The position numbers were made by a program, and so were the translations under genes. The notes under the pieces were generated by a model. The model saw only the letters and a program-made list of their open reading frames with translations, made no database searches and was not told the origin of the DNA. Shown here piece after piece: positions 57,637 to 64,000 of a stretch of DNA of 64,000 nucleotides (its first letter is position 1; every line of letters begins with the position of its first letter). Source of the stretch: Pseudobdellovibrionaceae bacterium (lineage in GTDB: Bacteria > Bdellovibrionota > Bdellovibrionia > Bdellovibrionales > UBA1609); NCBI GenBank assembly GCA_023898385.1, contig CP060220.1:2655683-2719682 (forward strand). The letters run 5' to 3'.

Positions 57637-58548
57637 TCATTTTACTGTATCTGCTTGACCGAGTTGTTCAGTGTGTTTTTGAACCTGGGCCAGGAGATCC
57701 TTAGTGGGGCGATCAGTCAAAATCCCTGACGCGTACTGAGCAAGGGGGCTAGATAGAAATTCTGGCCAAGAGGATGCCAAAAGCACAAGCTTAATCTGTC
57801 GTCTGTGGAGCTCCTTTGCCATATCCTCCGTAACAGCACCCACCGCGGTGACCTTTAGCGGTGAAATCACTAAATCTGGCCGCAACGACATAACTGATGT
57901 CATGTTCAACGCTGAAAACACACGGGCTTTCATCGTATTTGTTGGGTCAGAGGTGTACAGCCAACGAGGTTTTTTATCTTTAATGTAGGCAATGGGTTGG
58001 GGTCGGGGGCTGGTGATGACCACCCGGTCCTCAAGGCCGTGTTGATCAATCAAGGCCATCAACTGATCAAGAGCCACAGGAGAAAAGTCCTGAACATCAA
58101 GTACAAACACGGCTTGTGGTAACAGCAAAAACAGTTCTTCAGGAGTGGGATAGGCGCCTGTATCAGAATACAAAGGTGAGTTTCCAGGCACACCTGGACG
58201 TAGGTCGTGTAACTTCATTTGCCTCAAAGGTTGATTTTCATCAGTTCGTGCATCTGGATGGATGACCCAATGATTGTCGGCCGTCAGCCAAAGCCGGGCT
58301 TCTAGCCAGACCTTTGCCGAGACAGAATAGGCGTCCTGGAATGCGGCCAGTGTGTAAGGGGCATGTTTAGCACCGCTTCCGCCGGCAGCAATCACTAAGC
58401 TTTGTTGCTTAAGTAGGGGGTGGTCGAAGGCCGTGAACTCCTGCTGCAAACCCAGGTAGCGCAGGACAAATAGGGTCATGCCCCCCCAGAGAATGGCGAT
58501 GGCACTAATCATCAAAAGGCGAACAACAGGACGAATCATGCTAGGCAA
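57637..58548 (-). CDS. Glycerophosphodiester-phosphodiesterase-like protein, catalytic residues apparently lost
   Basis: Membrane anchor. VIAAGGSGAKHAPYTLAAFQDAY..WLEARLWLTADNHWVIHPD aligns by eye with the GDPD motif iaHRG..PENTl.Af..A..ElDv..T.D...vv.HD, with HRG changed to AGG and HD changed to HP. Confidence 0.45.
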   Translation of the reverse strand: MPSMIRPVVRLLMISAIAILWGGMTLFVLRYLGLQQEFTAFDHPLLKQQSLVIAAGGSGAKHAPYTLAAFQDAYSVSAKVWLEARLWLTADNHWVIHPDARTDENQPLRQMKLHDLRPGVPGNSPLYSDTGAYPTPEELFLLLPQAVFVLDVQDFSPVALDQLMALIDQHGLEDRVVITSPRPQPIAYIKDKKPRWLYTSDPTNTMKARVFSALNMTSVMSLRPDLVISPLKVTAVGAVTEDMAKELHRRQIKLVLLASSWPEFLSSPLAQYASGILTDRPTKDLLAQVQKHTEQLGQADTVK

Positions 58549-58751
58549 CCTACTGATATCCTTGGCTTTTGTCTAGACAATAGGGTCGTCAATTTGATTT
58601 GATAAATAGGGTAAAAATTAACTTAATTAGGTTGAAATAAGGCCCATTTTCAGTTAATTTTCTTTTACGAATCTGGTATTCAAACCCAATTGTTTCAACC
58701 ACTTGAAATGTAAAGTCAGGATTTAAGTATCAGATCACGGGTAGGTCGAAA

Positions 58752-59225
58752 ATGAACCGGATTAATCGAAAAGTTGAATATGCACTAATGGCCCTCAAAT
58801 TTATGAGTGGCAAATACGCGGGCCAGTTGACTACGGTCAAAGAAATCTGTGATGCCACCGGCAGTCCCTTTGATGCCACAGCGCGGGTCATGCAAGTCAT
58901 GGTTCATCATAAATTGCTGCAATCAGAGCAGGGTGCCCACGGTGGATACTTATTGATTAAAGATCTCAACAAGGTCTCGTTTTTTGAGCTCGTAGAAATG
59001 ATACTTGGACCGCTAGGAATCACAAAGTGTTTGCATTCGTCTGAGTGTGATCTCATTGAAACTTGTAATGTTTTGCCCACGGTATCAGTCCTTAATAATA
59101 GATTGGCTGAATTTTATAAAAGTCTGACTCTGGCGGAACTTTTACAACTTGACCAACGAGAGGTTAAATCTACACCTCAAGCAACAAATCAGGGGGAAGT
59201 GTTGGAGGAGGTTAAGCCTCAATGA
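58752..59225 (+). CDS. Rrf2-family transcriptional regulator (IscR/SufR-like)
   Basis: [18 protein letters not shown].. winged-helix start. A Cys triad (C..C-x5-C: [14 protein letters not shown]). 4-nt overlap with sufB. Confidence 0.8.
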   Translation: MNRINRKVEYALMALKFMSGKYAGQLTTVKEICDATGSPFDATARVMQVMVHHKLLQSEQGAHGGYLLIKDLNKVSFFELVEMILGPLGITKCLHSSECDLIETCNVLPTVSVLNNRLAEFYKSLTLAELLQLDQREVKSTPQATNQGEVLEEVKPQ

Positions 59226-60670
59226 GCGCCAAAACCCCGGGCGAAGCCGTAGACCGCGATTACAAATACGGATTTTATACTGATATTGAAGTGGATGAAG
59301 TTCCAAAGGGTCTGAGTGAAGAAATCATTCGAATGATTTCTGCAAAAAAACAAGAGCCCGAGTGGATGCTAAAGATCCGGCTCCGCGCCTTCGAGACGTG
59401 GAAAAAAATGACCGAACCCCAATGGGCACACGTGGATTATGAGCCCATAGATTATCAAGAGATTAGATACTACTCGGCACCCAAGAAAGAAAGCGATGAC
59501 GGTGGTCCAAAGAGCTTAGATGATTTAGACCCTGAATTACTAAAAACATTTGAACGTTTGGGAATACCGCTGGCAGAACAAAAGAGAATCTCTGGCGTTG
59601 CGATAGATGTAGTATTTGATAGTGTATCTGTGGGCACCACACATCAAGAGGAGCTGGCAAAACACGGTGTGATTTTCTGCTCTATTTCGGAGGCCATTAA
59701 AGAGCATCCTGAGCTTGTGAAAAAATATCTAGGCTCAGTTGTACCCATGGCGGACAATTTCTTTTCAAGCTTAAACACGGCAGTATTTACTGACGGCTCG
59801 TTTTGCTACATTCCAAAAGGCGTTCGGTGCCCTATCGACCTATCTACATATTTTCGAATCAACGCTAAAGATACCGGGCAATTTGAGCGAACACTTGTCA
59901 TTGCTGATGAGGGAAGTTTCGTAAATTACCTAGAGGGCTGTACGGCACCCATGCGCGATGAAAATCAGCTTCATGCGGCAGTGGTGGAGTTGGTCGCACT
60001 TGAGGGCGCTGAGATAAATTATTCTACTGTACAAAACTGGTATTCCGGAGACAAAGAGGGGCGCGGAGGCATTTATAATTTTGTTACCAAGCGGGGAAAA
60101 TGCGCAGGCAAAAACTCTAAGATTTCTTGGACACAAGTGGAGTCTGGCTCAGCGATCACCTGGAAGTATCCCAGCGTTATCTTACAGGGCGACAACTCTG
60201 TGGGTGCCTTTTACTCAGTGGCGTTGACCCACGATAAAATGCAGGCAGACACTGGCACTAAGATGATTCATTTGGGGAAGAATACAAAAAGCACTATTAT
60301 ATCAAAGGGTATTTCAGCAGATCATTCTAGTAACGCCTACCGCGGACTCGTAAAAATAATGCCAAAGGCAGAAGGGGCTCGCAACTATTCCCAATGTGAC
60401 TCCATGCTTGTAGGTGATCGTGCTAGCGCTCATACATATCCCTATCTTGAGGTGAAAAATAAATCGGCAATTATTGAACACGAGGCTTCGACTTCGCGGA
60501 TCAGTGCGGATCAGTTGTTCTATCTGCAGTCAAGGGGTCTTGATACTGAACAATCGGTTGCCATGTTAGTTAATGGATTTTGCAAAGATGTATTTAAGCA
60601 CTTACCACTCGAATTTTCAGTCGAGGCGGTGAAGCTTATTGAAATGAAACTAGAAAATAGTATTGGATAA
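59222..60670 (+). CDS. sufB: Fe-S cluster assembly protein SufB
   Basis: 482 aa with canonical SufB sequence throughout. Confidence 0.97.
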   Translation: MSAKTPGEAVDRDYKYGFYTDIEVDEVPKGLSEEIIRMISAKKQEPEWMLKIRLRAFETWKKMTEPQWAHVDYEPIDYQEIRYYSAPKKESDDGGPKSLDDLDPELLKTFERLGIPLAEQKRISGVAIDVVFDSVSVGTTHQEELAKHGVIFCSISEAIKEHPELVKKYLGSVVPMADNFFSSLNTAVFTDGSFCYIPKGVRCPIDLSTYFRINAKDTGQFERTLVIADEGSFVNYLEGCTAPMRDENQLHAAVVELVALEGAEINYSTVQNWYSGDKEGRGGIYNFVTKRGKCAGKNSKISWTQVESGSAITWKYPSVILQGDNSVGAFYSVALTHDKMQADTGTKMIHLGKNTKSTIISKGISADHSSNAYRGLVKIMPKAEGARNYSQCDSMLVGDRASAHTYPYLEVKNKSAIIEHEASTSRISADQLFYLQSRGLDTEQSVAMLVNGFCKDVFKHLPLEFSVEAVKLIEMKLENSIG

Positions 60671-60685
60671 AAGGTCACAGTTGTA

Positions 60686-61456
60686 ATGTTAAAAATCAAA
60701 AATTTACACGCCGATATCGATGGATCTGAAGTGTTAAAGGGTTTGGGCTTAGAAATTAACCCGGGCGAAGTTCACGCCATTATGGGTCCTAATGGGTCTG
60801 GAAAAAGTACCCTGTCAAAAGTGCTGGCGGGTCATCCGGCCTATGAAGTAACTGCCGGAAGCGTGGAATATGAAATTAACTTTAAATACAAAAACTTGTT
60901 GGAAATGGCTCCAGACGAGAGAGCCAAAGAGGGCATTTTTTTGGCGTTTCAATATCCCGTAGAAGTTCCTGGAGTGAGCAATTTTTCATTTTTAAAATCG
61001 TCATTCAATGCGATTTGCAAACACCAAGGCGTTGCCGAAATGAGCGATTCTGAATTCAGGATGTTTGTTTATGAAAAGGCCAAGCTTGTTCAAATGGACC
61101 CTCACTTTTTAGATCGTTCAGTCAACGAAGGGTTTTCGGGGGGCGAGAAAAAACGAAATGAAATTCTGCAAATGGCGGTGCTAAATCCCCGATTATCGCT
61201 GCTCGACGAGATAGACTCTGGCTTAGATATTGATGCATTAAAAATTGTCGCTAATGGCGTAAATAAGCTTAGAACCAGCGACAACGCCGTATTGATGATC
61301 ACTCATTATCAACGGCTTCTTAACTACATTGAACCCGATTTTGTTCATGTGTTGGCGGGTGGAAAAATAGTCGAATCGGGTGACAAATCGCTGGCTCTGA
61401 AGCTTGAAAAACAAGGGTATGATTGGATTGCAAGCCCTGCGGCCACAGTTCAATAA
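60686..61456 (+). CDS. sufC: Fe-S cluster assembly ATPase SufC
   Basis: [47 protein letters not shown]. Confidence 0.97.
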   Translation: MLKIKNLHADIDGSEVLKGLGLEINPGEVHAIMGPNGSGKSTLSKVLAGHPAYEVTAGSVEYEINFKYKNLLEMAPDERAKEGIFLAFQYPVEVPGVSNFSFLKSSFNAICKHQGVAEMSDSEFRMFVYEKAKLVQMDPHFLDRSVNEGFSGGEKKRNEILQMAVLNPRLSLLDEIDSGLDIDALKIVANGVNKLRTSDNAVLMITHYQRLLNYIEPDFVHVLAGGKIVESGDKSLALKLEKQGYDWIASPAATVQ

Positions 61457-61470
61457 AGTTGGTGCCTGAT

Positions 61471-62766
61471 ATGCAATTGGTGAACTTTAGAGAAGCTAAA
61501 TATCAACAAGCCGAACAGCAAGGGTGGCCTGGGCGAAAAGACGAGCAGTGGAAATACACTAATCTTAAGGGCCTACAGTCAGTGGATTTGAATTATCGTC
61601 TCAGTCCACCGGAAAAGTCAGACATAGAAGCTGTCCGAAAGCATGTTCAAGGCATGCGGCTCAAAGATGCCAACGCTGTGGTTTTTGTTAACGGAAAGTA
61701 TGTGAGTGAGTTGAGTGCGCGATCGTCCAATGAACTTGAGATCTCAACATATCAGTCTTGGCTGGAAAATAAAAAAAATGAGCCGCGATTTATTCAGATT
61801 CAGTCCAAATTTGACAGAGTTAGCTTTAGAGAAAAACACCACAACATGTTTGTGGACTTAAACGCGGCGACTTTTCAAGACGGCGTAATGATTGAGGTGC
61901 GGCCCCATAAAGTAGTGAAAGGCCTCATCCAAGTGATGCATTTTTTCACGGGTTCATTGTCATCGGGAGTTGGCAGCCTGCGAACGATTGTTCCACGCCA
62001 CACTTATCTTCTCGGCCGAGGCTCACAAGCGTGTGTAATGGAGCAATACTATTCTGTGGCCGAAGCCCCCTACTTTACCAATGCCGTGAGCGATATGGTG
62101 TTAGAAAGCGGATCTTCATTAGAATTTGTGAAGGCCCAACACAACAGTGTAAATAGTTACCATATTCATCAAGTCAGAGCCTTTTTGGGTCGGGACAGCC
62201 AGTTATATTCTTACGAATTGACTCTCCAAGGGGGAGTGACGCGAAATAATTTAAACGTGGCTTTAACAGAAGAAGGGGCCGGTGCCATGGTGAATGGTCT
62301 GTTTTTGGCCAAAGGCTCTGAACATGTAGACAACCATACGCTCTTGCATCACGACTGTGGCCACACTTCAAGTCACCAATTGTATAAGGGCGTTCTTTCT
62401 GGCACTTCTCGGGGCGTTTTCAATGGCAAAATTTTAATATCAGAAAATGCGCAAAAGGTGGATTCAAGTCAGTTGAGTAAAAATTTGTTGTTAAGTGGCG
62501 ACGCCGAGATTGATGCAAAGCCAGAGTTAGAAGTATACGCCGATGACGTTAAAGCCAATCACGGCGCTACGGTGGGACAAATTGATGCCGAGCAATTGTT
62601 TTATTTAATGAGTCGCGGAATATCAAAACCAAATGCAATGACCATGTTAATGGAGGGGTTTGTCAAAGAATCAACGTCAAACCTGCAGACGACGTCTTTA
62701 AGAAAATTGGTAGACCAATTTGTCAAAAAAGGCTTTCAACAATTTACAGTGGGGACGACGGACTAA
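61471..62766 (+). CDS. sufD: Fe-S cluster assembly protein SufD
   Basis: SufD beta-helix C-terminal pattern (..DAKPELEVYADDVKANHGATVGQIDAEQLFYLMSRGI..). ATG 61471 preferred over the track start, which overlaps sufC. Confidence 0.9.
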   Translation: MQLVNFREAKYQQAEQQGWPGRKDEQWKYTNLKGLQSVDLNYRLSPPEKSDIEAVRKHVQGMRLKDANAVVFVNGKYVSELSARSSNELEISTYQSWLENKKNEPRFIQIQSKFDRVSFREKHHNMFVDLNAATFQDGVMIEVRPHKVVKGLIQVMHFFTGSLSSGVGSLRTIVPRHTYLLGRGSQACVMEQYYSVAEAPYFTNAVSDMVLESGSSLEFVKAQHNSVNSYHIHQVRAFLGRDSQLYSYELTLQGGVTRNNLNVALTEEGAGAMVNGLFLAKGSEHVDNHTLLHHDCGHTSSHQLYKGVLSGTSRGVFNGKILISENAQKVDSSQLSKNLLLSGDAEIDAKPELEVYADDVKANHGATVGQIDAEQLFYLMSRGISKPNAMTMLMEGFVKESTSNLQTTSLRKLVDQFVKKGFQQFTVGTTD

Positions 62767-63989
62767 TGGAAGACGCTACGACCATGTCGCAGATTAAAGA
62801 GATGTTCCCATTGGCTGTTCATGAGGTGAACGGGCAGCCGCTTGTTTACCTTGACAGTGCGGCAACCACCTTGAAGCCTGAAGTTGTCATAGATCGCATG
62901 GAGCAATTTTATCGTTACCAAACGGCCAATGTACATAGAGGCGCCCATTTTCTAAGTGATCGTGCCACAGAAATGTTTGAACAAGCTCGAAGTGCCATAG
63001 CGTCGTTTATTAATGCCAATTCATCGTCTGAGATCGTGTTCACTCGAGGAACAACAGAATCGATTAATTTGGTAGCCCAATCTTTTGGTCGGTCTCAGCT
63101 CAAGCCGGGTGACGAGATTATTCTCACCGAAATGGAGCACCATTCTAATATTGTGCCCTGGCAGTTAGTGGCAGAGGCTACTGGGGCGGTCATTAAAGTG
63201 ATTCCTGTTGATGACAGCGGCGACTTGGTTTTGACGGAGTACGAAAAGCTTTTGTCGCGTCGGACGAAAATAGTATCAGTTGTGGTGTGTTCAAACAGCT
63301 TGGGCACTGTGAACCCAGTAAAGGCTATTATCGAGAAGGCCAAGACCGTGAACGCCACAGTCGTCTTAGATGCAGCCCAATCGATTTCTGCGTTGCCCAC
63401 AGATGTGCAAGATCTAGATTGTGATTTTCTCGCCTTTTCAGGACACAAAATATTTGGTCCCTATGGCATTGGCGTGTTGTATGGCAAAGAGGAACTATTG
63501 AATCGCATGCCTCCCTATCAGGGTGGCGGTTCTATGATCGACACGGTGTCTTTTAAAAAGACGACATTTTTACAGGCGCCAACACGATTTGAGGCGGGAA
63601 CTCCCAATATTTCAGGGGCCATCGGTTTGGGTACAGCCATTGAGTTTGTGAACTCAATAGGTCTTGGGCGAATTAAACAGCATGAAGAGGCCCTTCTCAG
63701 TTATGCTACAAAAAGAGTTTCAGAGATCCCAGGATTGTCTGTTATCGGGACGTCGCCATCAAAAGCAAATATACTGTCGTTTCTAATCGATGAAATACAT
63801 CCTGCAGATGTGGCAAGTCTTCTGGACCAGCAGGGTGTGGCCGTTCGTTCTGGCCACCATTGCTGTCAGCCTTTGATGGAGAGGTTTAAAATTCGTGGGA
63901 CCTTGCGGGCTTCATTTTCGGTGTATAACAACGCTTCTGATGTGGATGTTTTAGTGGCGGCACTGAAAAAGGCAAAGGAGTTTTTCTAG
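62766..63989 (+). CDS. sufS: Cysteine desulfurase SufS (group II)
   Basis: ..FSGHKIFGPYGIG.. (PLP Lys) and ..RSGHHCCQP.. (active-site Cys). TAATG junction with sufD. A further ORF (ATG 63990, AAGGAG RBS) begins at the window edge. Confidence 0.95.
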   Translation: MEDATTMSQIKEMFPLAVHEVNGQPLVYLDSAATTLKPEVVIDRMEQFYRYQTANVHRGAHFLSDRATEMFEQARSAIASFINANSSSEIVFTRGTTESINLVAQSFGRSQLKPGDEIILTEMEHHSNIVPWQLVAEATGAVIKVIPVDDSGDLVLTEYEKLLSRRTKIVSVVVCSNSLGTVNPVKAIIEKAKTVNATVVLDAAQSISALPTDVQDLDCDFLAFSGHKIFGPYGIGVLYGKEELLNRMPPYQGGGSMIDTVSFKKTTFLQAPTRFEAGTPNISGAIGLGTAIEFVNSIGLGRIKQHEEALLSYATKRVSEIPGLSVIGTSPSKANILSFLIDEIHPADVASLLDQQGVAVRSGHHCCQPLMERFKIRGTLRASFSVYNNASDVDVLVAALKKAKEFF

Positions 63990-64000
63990 ATGAAAGCAGT

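Overview
Gene-dense 64-kb chromosomal segment with about 75 CDS, one tRNA and moderate GC. The gene content suggests a Bdellovibrio-like or Oligoflexia-type Gram-negative bacterium. That is a guess from gene content only; no search was run. Supporting content includes a Tad/Flp pilus locus, many signal-peptide and beta-barrel proteins, PilW-RodZ, Tol, an Mla/MCE transporter, MotAB and a lysine/alanine-rich H1-like protein.

Housekeeping blocks are rmuC, groES-groEL, nadE, ndk-sucD-sucC-mdh, uppP, tRNA-Phe with dus, tolQ-tolR-tolA-tolB-glnE, and Rrf2-sufBCDS. I found no rRNA, CRISPR array, transposase, integrase, reverse transcriptase or recognisable defence gene.

The most unusual content is non-coding: two families of GC-rich nested foldback elements.
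- Family A: 13445-13627 and 22035-22221.
- Family B: 41884-42045 and 42890-43023.
- Each copy has a conserved, imperfectly paired apical core (58/60 identical in A, 82/82 in B). The core sits on long basal arms that differ between copies yet are perfectly or near-perfectly self-complementary within each copy.
- The A copies lie in inverted orientation on either side of the whole 8.4-kb tad/flp locus.
- The B copies lie in direct orientation hard against both ends of uppP, 13 nt and 1 nt from the ORF, so uppP looks like a cassette.

Other points worth a second look:
- A TadZ(CpaE)-CpaF fusion ATPase.
- A 282-aa protein with a near-exact Flp prepilin N-terminus.
- A second, distal TadB/TadC-like pair in an apparent operon with a secreted Cys protein and a PEGA-tailed Ser/Thr kinase.
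- An Mla-type transporter with two permeases and two ATPases with complementary degenerate motifs.
- A 23-nt duplication of the tRNA-Phe 3' end (att-like scar).
- glnE apparently translationally coupled to tolB where pal would be expected.

All calls come from reading the sequence and the supplied ORF translations. Family names are motif-level recognitions, not database hits.
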